64,000 nucleotides of DNA from an uncultured Fidelibacterota bacterium (GTDB lineage Bacteria > Fidelibacterota > Marinisomatia > Marinisomatales > Marinisomataceae). Both the position numbers and the translations under genes were made by a program. Below are positions 32,937-42,090 of this stretch, piece after piece. The notes beneath the pieces are model-generated. The model saw only the letters and a list, made by a program, of their open reading frames with translations, did not search any database and had not been told where the DNA came from. Every line of letters begins with the position of its first letter. The first letter of the stretch is position 1. The stretch is taken from contig CACHCR010000002.1 of assembly GCA_902578385.1 (NCBI GenBank), forward strand, positions 65,873 to 129,872, read 5' to 3'.

Positions 32937-34801
32937 ACACGATACCTACATCAGAATTATTTTGGGTGATTTTAACTGCTTATGTTTTCTTTGTCTTAGG
33001 TGCTGGATTATTCTTTGCTCGAAACAATCAATCAACGGAAGATTTTTTCTTTGGTGGTAGAAGATTTTCCTGGTGGTTAATTGGAATGTCGATGTTAGCA
33101 ACCGGAGTTGGTTCTCACAGTTTTGCTAAATATGCATCCAAAGGCTTTGAGTATGGATTTTCATCTACAATGACCTATATGAATGATTGGTTTTTTATGC
33201 CATTGTTATTATTTGGTTGGATTCCAATTATTTACTACATGCAAGTCAACTCTATTCCTGAATATTTTGAAAGAAGATTTAATTCCACTGTTAGAAATTT
33301 ATCTACTATTACGATGCTTTTATATCTTATCGGATATATCGGTATTGGGTTATTAGCTCTCGGGTCTTTATTACAACCAATATTGGGATGGGAAATCAAT
33401 ACGATTATTATTGTGGTTGCTATTATCTCTGGTACTTATGTATCTCTAGGTGGACAAACGGCTATCATCTTTACAGATTTTTTACAAGGAGTTATTCTAT
33501 TATTTGCAGGGTTATTAATTTTTGGTTTAGGTCTTGCATATATAGGCGGATTTGATCTTTTCTGGAGCAATTTATCAACAACAAATAAATTACCATTAGC
33601 TGATTTTAATTCACCACCTGACTTTAATTTTGTTGGAATTTTCTGGCAAGATGGTGTAGTAGGTTCAGTGGGATTTGCATTTATGAATCAGGCTGTAATT
33701 ATGAGATTCTTAGCCTCACGATCTGTTATTCATGCTAGAAGGGCAACCATGATGAACGTATTGGTTTTCTTGCCAATTGGAACAGTAGCTGTTTCAAATT
33801 CTGGTTGGCTTGCTAGGGCTATTGAGAATATATCCCCTGGATTAATTACAGATTTACTTCCCAATGGAAATGCAAATGGTGTATTTACAGTGGTTGCATC
33901 TTTAGTTGCAAATTCAGAAGCAATCTTCGCATTTTTGGTTGCTGCGGTAGTAGCAGCATTAATGTCTAGTTTGGACTCTCAAATTAATGCATCAGCAGCT
34001 GTTGCTGTAAACGATGTATACACGCCACTGAGTAAGAATCCTTCTGAAAAAACACGCTTAAGAGTGTCAATGTTTACTTCTTTGCTTGTCACTTTTGTTG
34101 GGATTCAAGCAGCATTTTTATTTGCACAATATGGCACTATTTATGAAGCTCATGGAGCATTTCATAGTGTAGTAACTCCACCAATGGTTACGGTTATTTT
34201 CCTTGGCATTTGCTGGACACGTTATTCATCAAAAGCAGCTGTGTTAACGTTTGTGCTAGGTGCAGCATTCATTTTTCTTGGGATCGAGTATCCTCAAACA
34301 TTAGTTCAGCCTTTTTCTCATGGGATAGAATATGTTGAAGCAAAACCATGGTCGTATATTAGAGCCTTATATAATGTTGTCGCATGTGTTTCAATAGGAA
34401 TTATTGTAACCCTACTTACTACAAAACCAAATCAATCGCACTATGAACAAATTAAAGGATTAACTCTTTGGACTATTAAAGATGGCCCAACATTCTTTAA
34501 AGGTTCAGAGGTGAATGAAAATTCAGGAAGTAAAATCACCTTTGATGGCGATATGATTAAAGTTGTCGATGACACAGAAAATAAAATATATTTACCAGCA
34601 GATTTGATGAAAGATCTTGGTGCAAAAGAAGGAGATTTTGCATATATATCTGATACAAGATGGTACTTGGGTGGAATTAAGTCAACTCACGCCTACATTG
34701 GAAAAATGTCATCAGGTAATAAAATCGAGATCTCTAAAAATGTACAGAACCATGGTCAATTCGATCCTTCAAAAAAATTATTTATTGAACTCGAATTATA
34801 A
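32933..34801 (+). CDS. Sodium:solute symporter (SSS) with C-terminal soluble domain
   Basis: DFFFGGR, SIPEYFERRF, GGQTAIIFTDFLQ, AALMSSLDS..N. Confidence 0.92.
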   Translation: MNTIPTSELFWVILTAYVFFVLGAGLFFARNNQSTEDFFFGGRRFSWWLIGMSMLATGVGSHSFAKYASKGFEYGFSSTMTYMNDWFFMPLLLFGWIPIIYYMQVNSIPEYFERRFNSTVRNLSTITMLLYLIGYIGIGLLALGSLLQPILGWEINTIIIVVAIISGTYVSLGGQTAIIFTDFLQGVILLFAGLLIFGLGLAYIGGFDLFWSNLSTTNKLPLADFNSPPDFNFVGIFWQDGVVGSVGFAFMNQAVIMRFLASRSVIHARRATMMNVLVFLPIGTVAVSNSGWLARAIENISPGLITDLLPNGNANGVFTVVASLVANSEAIFAFLVAAVVAALMSSLDSQINASAAVAVNDVYTPLSKNPSEKTRLRVSMFTSLLVTFVGIQAAFLFAQYGTIYEAHGAFHSVVTPPMVTVIFLGICWTRYSSKAAVLTFVLGAAFIFLGIEYPQTLVQPFSHGIEYVEAKPWSYIRALYNVVACVSIGIIVTLLTTKPNQSHYEQIKGLTLWTIKDGPTFFKGSEVNENSGSKITFDGDMIKVVDDTENKIYLPADLMKDLGAKEGDFAYISDTRWYLGGIKSTHAYIGKMSSGNKIEISKNVQNHGQFDPSKKLFIELEL

Positions 34802-34875
34802 TTTTTCTTTTTAATCTAAAATAAAAGTAATAATACTTGTTTTTTCGATAATAATATTAAAAATTTCTACCATCT

Positions 34876-34948
34876 TCCGGAGTAGCTCAGTTGGTAGAGC
34901 GAGTGACTGTTAATCACCAGGTCGGGGGTTCGAGTCCCTCCTCCGGAG
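34876..34948 (+). tRNA. tRNA-Asn(GTT), CCA not encoded
   Basis: Acceptor stem TCCGGAG/CTCCGGA, D-arm GCTC/GAGC, loop CTGTTAA, T-loop TTCGAGT, discriminator G. Confidence 0.97.
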
Positions 34949-34953
34949 CATCT

Positions 34954-35649
34954 ATGTCAGATAAAAAAAATATAAAATTAGTGATTATTGAAGATGACAA
35001 AGATATTCGCGAATTACTTTCATATAATATTTCAAGTTTAGGCTACCAAGTGCATTCATTTTCAAATGGAGAATCTGGACTAAAGTATCTTAGAAATAAT
35101 AAGTCCAATTTGGTTCTTTTAGATTTAATGCTTCCAGGTATTAATGGATACGATATTTGTAGAATTATCAAAAGTGACCCCAAATTAAAAAATCTTTTGA
35201 TAATAATGCTTACAGCTAAAGGAAGTGAAGCTGACATTGTAAAAGGTTTGGAATTGGGAGCAGATGATTACATAGTTAAACCATTTTCTGGTTCAGTTCT
35301 TTCTGCTAGAATTGCTGCTGTTTTGAGAAGAGTCAAAAAAACAGATTCAAAAATTTTAAACTTTGGTAGCTTAAAAATAGATATTGGTAAACATCAAGTC
35401 AGTGTAAATAATTCTATAATAGATTTAACATTTAGTGAGTTTGAAATTTTAAGTATGCTTGCCCAAAATCCTGGTTTGGTGTATACCAGATCTCAAATAA
35501 TTGACTCTATTAGAGGAGATAATTATCCTGCTACTGATAGAACAATTGATTTTCAAATTGTAGGATTAAGAAAAAAATTATCTACTGCAAAAAAATATAT
35601 TAAAACTATTAGGGGTATAGGATATAAGTTTAATGATGAAAAAGATTAA
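34954..35649 (+). CDS. phoB: OmpR/PhoB-family response regulator, probable PhoB
   Basis: IEDD, LLDLMLPG, GLELGADDY.VKPF, winged helix RTID..I..LRKK, TIRGIGY. The true start is the ATG at 34954; neighbours are phoR/phoU-like. Confidence 0.8.
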   Translation: MSDKKNIKLVIIEDDKDIRELLSYNISSLGYQVHSFSNGESGLKYLRNNKSNLVLLDLMLPGINGYDICRIIKSDPKLKNLLIIMLTAKGSEADIVKGLELGADDYIVKPFSGSVLSARIAAVLRRVKKTDSKILNFGSLKIDIGKHQVSVNNSIIDLTFSEFEILSMLAQNPGLVYTRSQIIDSIRGDNYPATDRTIDFQIVGLRKKLSTAKKYIKTIRGIGYKFNDEKD

Positions 35650-36673
35650 TACTTCGATTAATGATTTAAAGTCAGTTCTTGATACTATACAATCGGGTGT
35701 TATTTCTATAAATAAAGATAAATTTTTAATTTTTTATAACGATAAAGCAAAAAGAATATTTTCTTTATCTGAAGCATTCATTGGAAAACCAATATCAGGT
35801 ATTGTTAGAAATCCCAAAATATTAAACTTCATTGAGCAATCAATGAAAGCTATTGAAAATCAAAATGAAATTAAAACCTTTGAAGAAGACTTTTTTATTG
35901 ATGCTTCTCAATCCTTTGATGCAAAAGTAACTTTTTTGAAAGTTGAAGCATCCGCTAAGACAAAATATTTAATTGTTTTTAATGATATATCATCTATCAC
36001 ACAAGCACAGAACTCACAAAGAGAGTTTGTTGAAAATGTATCTCATGAACTTAGAACTCCAATCACTTCTATTTTAGCAGCGACTGAAACTATTCCTACA
36101 GAAACCCCATTTAGAGATATAATAATTAGACAATCTTTGAGAATGAATGAAATAATTGATGATTTGTTGCAGCTTTCTATGCTAGAAAACAATTCTGATT
36201 TTAATATTCATAAAGAAGAGATTAGTCTGAGCGATTTAATTTTATTTTCGGTTGAATCTGTAAAACACCTCGCGGATAAAAAAAATATAGATATTGAACA
36301 GCCTAAAGATTTTAATTGTTGCAATTTAAAGGTTGATATAAGCCTTATTCAAAATGCATTATCCAATATTTTAAAAAATGCAATTATGTATTCAAATCAA
36401 AATAGCAAAATCAATATTATTTTGTCCAGTCAAAAAGATTCATGCATTATTGAAATAATTGATAATGGAAAAGGCATAAAAAAAGAAAATATTAAGAATA
36501 TATTTAATAGATTTTTTAGAGAAGAGTCCTCAAGAAGTAGAGATTATGGAGGTTTAGGCTTGGGATTACCAATTGTAAAAAAAATTCTGAATCTACACAA
36601 TGGAGATATCACCATACATAGTGAGATAGACAAAGGAACTTCTGTAAAAATATTTTTACCCATTCAAATGTAA
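35633..36673 (+). CDS. phoR: Cytoplasmic PAS-HisKA-HATPase sensor kinase, PhoR-like
   Basis: PAS at the N-terminus, FVENVSHELRTP H-box, N.LKNA, DNGKG, F.RFFR..SR, GLGL; no TM segment. Confidence 0.75.
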   Translation: MMKKINTSINDLKSVLDTIQSGVISINKDKFLIFYNDKAKRIFSLSEAFIGKPISGIVRNPKILNFIEQSMKAIENQNEIKTFEEDFFIDASQSFDAKVTFLKVEASAKTKYLIVFNDISSITQAQNSQREFVENVSHELRTPITSILAATETIPTETPFRDIIIRQSLRMNEIIDDLLQLSMLENNSDFNIHKEEISLSDLILFSVESVKHLADKKNIDIEQPKDFNCCNLKVDISLIQNALSNILKNAIMYSNQNSKINIILSSQKDSCIIEIIDNGKGIKKENIKNIFNRFFREESSRSRDYGGLGLGLPIVKKILNLHNGDITIHSEIDKGTSVKIFLPIQM

Positions 36674-36682
36674 TCCTAACAT
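36661..36682 (+). promoter_or_regulatory. Candidate Pho-box-like 11-bp direct repeat upstream of the TonB receptor
   Basis: CATTCAAATGT-AATCCTAACAT. Confidence 0.5.
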
Positions 36683-36723
36683 AAGCTTTTTACATTTCTG
36701 CAAATTTAAAAGGAGATGTAAAA

Positions 36724-39579
36724 TTGAGAATACTTCAAGTATTATTTTTATCGTTAAGTTTCGTTTTTTGTCAAGATTTATCTGTTCTAACTGGTACTGT
36801 CACCGATAAGGACTCCGGAAAAGCACTAGTCGGTGTAAATATCATTATTGAAGATTCAGATAATGGTACTGCTTCCGATTTAAATGGCTCCTATACAATT
36901 TTTATTCAACCTGGTGAAGTTGTATTAAATGTTTCTTATATAGGTTATAAGTCAGAAAGATTCTCAATAGGTCTAATCGAAGGACAAAATAATTTTAATA
37001 TTGCTTTATCAATAAATGCCGTACAGTTATCTGGGGTTGAGGTGACTGGTCAAGCAGTCGATGGTAGCGATATAAGCATGATGATTGACAGAAAAGAATC
37101 ATCTAATGTTGAAGATGCAATTAGTTTAGAAAGAATGTCTAAAGCGGGGGATTCTAATGCAGCAGACGCTTTTAGAAGAGTGACTGGAGTTTCTGTAGTT
37201 GATAATATTGTTGCTGTAAGAGGACTGGGTGATAGGTATACAAATACCCAATTAAATAATTCTGATTTAGCTACCCCAGAACCTGAAAAAAGAGCTGTTC
37301 CTTTAGATCTTTTTTCCATTTCAATTATTTCTGGATTGAGTGCAAAAAAAACTTTTACTCCTGACTTACCTGGAACTTTTGCTGGAGGGGTTGTAAATAT
37401 TAAAACTTTAGCATATCCAGATAGAAAAATAATGAAGCTAAAATTTGGCGCTGGTACAATATCATCAATTGATAATAGTAGATTTAGAACTTCGAATAAT
37501 GGAATTAATTTCTTTGGTATAGATGGAAATGACAATAAAATGCCTGACGTTCCAAAAGATTTTTGGTTGTCAGAGTTTAGATATCCATTAACATCTGGAT
37601 CAACTAATCCACAAAACTATACTTCTTCACAATGGCGTGAATTACTATCAATAAATACAAATAAATTCAAACAAAATTATCGTTTTAAATCAAAAAGTAC
37701 CAGTCCTCAGATTTCATTTGGTGTTGAAAATGGTCAAAAGTTTAATAGTTCAAATGGTAATTATGAGTATGGATACTTTATAAATTATTCCTTTGGTAAT
37801 TCTTATGATTTTGAAGATGAAAATATTGGTAGATATTATGATAATACAACACTATCAAGATATTTAAATCTCCAAAGAGAAACATCAATTTATAATGCCA
37901 ACCATGTATTAAACATGAGTACAGGTTTAAAATATTTACAAGATCACAAGTTTAAATTATCTTTTTTATTTAGTCATAAAGCTAGCGATAAATTATCTTA
38001 TGCTTCTGGGGTACTTAAAAATTTAGAAGATGCAGTATCTATTCAACATTATTATAGTGAAAAATCTCTATCAAATTTGTCTCTGGAAGGGAATAGCATA
38101 TTTTATTCTTCAAATCCAAGTGAACTTGATTGGTCAATAAATTTAGGTTCTGCCTCATTGTACGAACCAGATGTTGCCTCTCATACTTACTCTAGACAAA
38201 GCACATTAAATCCTTACACCGTTGATGTAAGCAGTACGTCACCTGGTTTAAGATTTTGGGCTGATGGAGATGATACAAATAATAGTTTAGATTTGTCTTA
38301 CAAAGTTCAATTTGAAAACTTTCAATTGAAAAGTGGACTTAGAATTCAACAAAGAGATAGAACTTTTAAGAAAAGAATTTTTTATTATACTCATTCCACC
38401 GGGACATGGCCAAACAATATTCTTGAGGTTAATGATAATGATTTTGGAAGATCATTTGACGAAGCAAACTTTTTTGATGGGAATAGTGGTTTAATTATTG
38501 TTGAAGAAGCAGCTCAGCTTGCAAGAGCTGCATACAATGCGGATGAAAAGACAAATGCAATTTTCTCAATGATTGAAAGAAAATTTGATTCTTTTGATAT
38601 ACCAATTACTTTTATTGGTGGTATTAGATATGAAATGTATACATTAGACCTTAGGCCATATAATACCGTTACTGGTCAAACGTATGTTAACCCTTACAAC
38701 AATCCTACACAAGAGCCAACACTTGTAGATATTGATGAAAATTATGTACTTCCTTCTATCAATTTTATTTTAGATACTTCAAAGGATTCAAAAGTACGAT
38801 TTTCGTTATCTCAAACTGTTGCAAGAGCAGAATTTAGAGAATATGCACCTCTTGAATATCAGGCATTTTATGGAGATGATCAATATATTGGAGTCCCGAC
38901 ACTAGAGCAATCAGAAGTCACAAATTTTGATCTAAGATACGAGGCATATCCATCCGTAGGTGAAGTATGGTCGGTTTCATTATTTGCTAAAGATATGCAA
39001 AAACCCGTTGAAGAGGTATTATTAGTAAATGTTGAAAGATCATATAGTATGTATAATAATGCAAAATCTGCAGAGATTTATGGATTAGAGTTTGATATTA
39101 GGAAGAAGATAAATTTATTTCCATCATCAAGCGCTACCCAAATTTTAACTGCAAACGCTACACTATCATCATCAGATGTTGAGGTAAATGATTTTGTGGT
39201 TTCTCCATTTGCAGTGACTCCAATTGAAGATCAAACTAATAGGCCATTAATGGGTCATTCAGAATTTTTAGGGAATCTTTCCTTGGATACAATTCTTAGT
39301 TCAGGATATGAAATTTCACTTTCTTATAATGGTTTTAGTGAAAGAATTATTAAAGTAGGGGATGTAACAGGACATTATTTTGAAGCACCTTTTCATTCTT
39401 TAAATTTTACTTCAAAGAAAAAATTTGAAAATGGATTATCAGTTAGTGTTAAAGCAAAGAATCTTTTAAACAGCAATATTAAACACTATCTAAAAACTGA
39501 TACTGGAAATAAGTTAGATACAAAGATGCTTGAACCAGGTATATCTATATCTTTAAGTATGACTTACGATTTTAATTAA
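36724..39579 (+). CDS. TonB-dependent receptor with CarboxypepD_reg-like N-terminal domain
   Basis: Signal peptide, GTVTD..G..L.GVNI/SYIGY, plug VRGLGDRY/GGVVNI, beta-barrel ending YDFN; AGGAG RBS with TTG start. Confidence 0.92.
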   Translation: MRILQVLFLSLSFVFCQDLSVLTGTVTDKDSGKALVGVNIIIEDSDNGTASDLNGSYTIFIQPGEVVLNVSYIGYKSERFSIGLIEGQNNFNIALSINAVQLSGVEVTGQAVDGSDISMMIDRKESSNVEDAISLERMSKAGDSNAADAFRRVTGVSVVDNIVAVRGLGDRYTNTQLNNSDLATPEPEKRAVPLDLFSISIISGLSAKKTFTPDLPGTFAGGVVNIKTLAYPDRKIMKLKFGAGTISSIDNSRFRTSNNGINFFGIDGNDNKMPDVPKDFWLSEFRYPLTSGSTNPQNYTSSQWRELLSINTNKFKQNYRFKSKSTSPQISFGVENGQKFNSSNGNYEYGYFINYSFGNSYDFEDENIGRYYDNTTLSRYLNLQRETSIYNANHVLNMSTGLKYLQDHKFKLSFLFSHKASDKLSYASGVLKNLEDAVSIQHYYSEKSLSNLSLEGNSIFYSSNPSELDWSINLGSASLYEPDVASHTYSRQSTLNPYTVDVSSTSPGLRFWADGDDTNNSLDLSYKVQFENFQLKSGLRIQQRDRTFKKRIFYYTHSTGTWPNNILEVNDNDFGRSFDEANFFDGNSGLIIVEEAAQLARAAYNADEKTNAIFSMIERKFDSFDIPITFIGGIRYEMYTLDLRPYNTVTGQTYVNPYNNPTQEPTLVDIDENYVLPSINFILDTSKDSKVRFSLSQTVARAEFREYAPLEYQAFYGDDQYIGVPTLEQSEVTNFDLRYEAYPSVGEVWSVSLFAKDMQKPVEEVLLVNVERSYSMYNNAKSAEIYGLEFDIRKKINLFPSSSATQILTANATLSSSDVEVNDFVVSPFAVTPIEDQTNRPLMGHSEFLGNLSLDTILSSGYEISLSYNGFSERIIKVGDVTGHYFEAPFHSLNFTSKKKFENGLSVSVKAKNLLNSNIKHYLKTDTGNKLDTKMLEPGISISLSMTYDFN

Positions 39580-39580
39580 A

Positions 39581-39613
39581 AATTCAAACATAATTCTAAC
39601 AAACTTCAAATAG
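39581..39613 (+). promoter_or_regulatory. Candidate Pho-box-like triple 11-bp direct repeat
   Basis: AATTCAAACAT-AATTCTAACAA-ACTTCAAATAG. Confidence 0.55.
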
Positions 39614-39689
39614 CAAACTCAATTTGTAAATCTATTTTTTCATAGTGGAATTTTTCCGCACATTTTAATGGTAAAAAAAGGATAAGAAA

Positions 39690-41273
39690 ATGAATAGTAA
39701 AAAAATCATATTATCGATTTTTGCAAGTGTATTTCTTTTTACATCATGTGAAGACGATTCAGAGACTGTAGATAATACTACTCTTCCTCCATCTGCACAG
39801 GCATTCAACGCTGAGCATGTGATGGGAACATTAACCTATAATTTTTCTATTTCAGATTCTCAGGCTGCATCTGTTGGTACTGGTACTGGAGTAGCATATT
39901 CATGGGATTTTAATGGTGAAGCAACTGCTGTTGCTGCAAGTGGTTCACACACATTCTCTTCAAGAGGTTTAAAAACTGTTACATTAACAGTTACTACAAC
40001 CGGTTTAGATGGTACTACAACTTTGACAGATTCATATTCAATGGATATGAATGTTGAAAGAAGTTTGTACGGAGATGTTACTTCAGATTTAGATTTAGAT
40101 GGTGATTATGTACTTTCTGGCCAACTTCAAGTCAAAGATGGTGCAACCTTAACAATTGCAGCTGGATCTAACATTTATGCATTATCAGATGATGGTAATG
40201 GAAACGCTCCTGCAATCGTAGTATGGCAAGGTGGAATGATTGAAGCAGTAGGTACTGCTAGTGCTCCAATTATCATGACATCAATTATTGCAAGAGACGA
40301 ACCAGACAGACTTCCAATTGTTGGTGGTAGAGCATGGGGTGGATTAATTGTCTGTGGTTATGCACCAATTCAAGGCGGTGGAACTAGAACCGTTGAGGGT
40401 GTTGCTTCAGTACCTTATGGAGGTACAGATGCTGCTGATGACTCTGGAACATTAAGATATGTTTCAGTTCGTTATGGTGGTAGAGCAATTGCTCCAGATA
40501 ATGAAATTAATGGTATTACATTAGCTGGTGTTGGAACTGGAACAGAAGTTAGTTACTGTGAAGTAGCTTATAACTTTGATGACGGTTTTGAAATGTTTGG
40601 TGGAACTGTTGATTTAAGATACTGTATGGTATACAAAGTTGGCGACGACGGATTTGATACAGACACCGGATACCAAGGAACAGGACAATTCCTAGTTGTA
40701 GTTAGAGGAGCAACCTCAAATAGAGGTCATGAAATGGATGGAAGAAACAGCAGCCAAGCTGCAGACGATTCATTTCCTAAATTTTCTAATGTAACAATTG
40801 TAGGAAATAACAGCGGATCTTCTGAAGATGAGTCTTTAAGATTAAGAGAAGGAACTGCTGGCCAATTCCAAAATTATATGTTAGTAAATCAGCAAAGAAG
40901 AGGCTTCCGTGCAACTAATGAAGATGGAAATTTAGATGGAACATTTGTTGTAAATGGTTCAACTCCTCCTTCAGATGATGCTGATGGAAGATACATCTGG
41001 TTAGACCCTTTAAATGTTATGGATGATGTACCTGAGCCTGCAACAGTTGCAGCTACTGATGGAACAGATCCGGGTGCTAGCTTTACATTTAATGTACAAG
41101 ATGGTAATACTGGTGTAACAGAAGCAAACTTGCTTCCAACAACCGAGTTTACAGGATCAACTCCAACTGAAGCTAGTATGGATGCATCTGCAACATTTGT
41201 TGGTGCTTTAAAAGCTGGTTTCAACGATGATGCTTTTGATGGCTGGACAGTATGGTCGGAAGAAAGTCAATAA
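39690..41273 (+). CDS. Acidic surface lipoprotein with PKD-like domain and right-handed beta-helix
   Basis: LFTSC lipobox followed by EDD, YSWDF PKD motif, EINGITL.GVG.GT, DDGFE/DDGFDTD repeats. Confidence 0.8.
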   Translation: MNSKKIILSIFASVFLFTSCEDDSETVDNTTLPPSAQAFNAEHVMGTLTYNFSISDSQAASVGTGTGVAYSWDFNGEATAVAASGSHTFSSRGLKTVTLTVTTTGLDGTTTLTDSYSMDMNVERSLYGDVTSDLDLDGDYVLSGQLQVKDGATLTIAAGSNIYALSDDGNGNAPAIVVWQGGMIEAVGTASAPIIMTSIIARDEPDRLPIVGGRAWGGLIVCGYAPIQGGGTRTVEGVASVPYGGTDAADDSGTLRYVSVRYGGRAIAPDNEINGITLAGVGTGTEVSYCEVAYNFDDGFEMFGGTVDLRYCMVYKVGDDGFDTDTGYQGTGQFLVVVRGATSNRGHEMDGRNSSQAADDSFPKFSNVTIVGNNSGSSEDESLRLREGTAGQFQNYMLVNQQRRGFRATNEDGNLDGTFVVNGSTPPSDDADGRYIWLDPLNVMDDVPEPATVAATDGTDPGASFTFNVQDGNTGVTEANLLPTTEFTGSTPTEASMDASATFVGALKAGFNDDAFDGWTVWSEESQ

Positions 41274-41325
41274 TATTAATTTAACTTATAGTAATATAAC
41301 ATCTCCTATTGTGAATATTACTTAG

Positions 41326-41358
41326 AAAAGAGGGAAGATTTTTCTTCCCTCTTTTTTT
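41326..41358 (+). terminator. Rho-independent terminator after the lipoprotein gene
   Basis: AAAAGAGGGAAGA-TTTT-TCTTCCCTCTTTT plus T tract. Confidence 0.88.
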
Positions 41359-41363
41359 ATTTC

Positions 41364-41385
41364 AATCCTAACATAATCCTAAATA
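41364..41385 (+). promoter_or_regulatory. Candidate Pho-box-like 11-bp direct repeat upstream of phoU
   Basis: AATCCTAACAT-AATCCTAAATA, followed by TACTTT/TATATT -10-like elements. Confidence 0.6.
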
Positions 41386-41415
41386 TTTTTTTGTACTTTT
41401 CCTATATTATGGAGT

Positions 41416-42069
41416 ATGAATTTGCCTGACAGAATACAAGATTTAAACTATAATTTATTAAAACTAAGCTCGTTAGTTGAAACGAATATTAAAGATGCGT
41501 TTAGTGCAATAGAAAAAAAAGATTTAGATAAATCTAAAACTGTAGTCAATGTTGATTCTAAAATAAATATGATGGAAGTCGAAATAGAAAAAGAAGTCAA
41601 CGAAATTATTGAAAAATTCCATCCTACTGATTCAGATTTGCGATATTTATTAGCTGCTTTGAAAATTAATAATGAGCTTGAAAGAATAGGAGATTATGCA
41701 ACCAATATAGCTAGAAATACCCAGTTTATGGTTGAAAATCCAGATTTAGAATTACCTAAAATTCTAGCACATTCAGCTGAAACTTTAACTTCAATGTTAA
41801 ATGATGTTATTAATGCCTTTATTTTATCAGATGAAGCAAAAGCATTTAAAGTTATTGAAATGGATGATATTATTGATAACAATAATAGAGAGATATTTAC
41901 TCTTTTTAAAGAGAAAGCCAAAAGTAATTCCGAATTCTTAAGACAATTTATTGTTTTTACGAACATTTCTCGATACGTTGAAAGAGCTGCAGATCACACA
42001 ACTAATATAGCTGAGGATATTATTTTTCAAATTAATGGTAAAATAGTAAGACACGATGAAACAATTTAA
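41416..42069 (+). CDS. phoU: Phosphate signalling protein PhoU
   Basis: Two repeats: ELERIGDYATNIA and YVERAADHTTNIAE; DLR motif; GGAG RBS. Confidence 0.95.
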   Translation: MNLPDRIQDLNYNLLKLSSLVETNIKDAFSAIEKKDLDKSKTVVNVDSKINMMEVEIEKEVNEIIEKFHPTDSDLRYLLAALKINNELERIGDYATNIARNTQFMVENPDLELPKILAHSAETLTSMLNDVINAFILSDEAKAFKVIEMDDIIDNNNREIFTLFKEKAKSNSEFLRQFIVFTNISRYVERAADHTTNIAEDIIFQINGKIVRHDETI

Positions 42070-42090
42070 ATATTTAATAATCAGCTTATA

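Noticed and set aside
34891-34953. N-terminal extension MVERVTVNHQVGGSSPSSGAS of the response regulator in the ORF track
   Set aside because: It is a translation of the tRNA-Asn gene; the real start is the ATG at 34954
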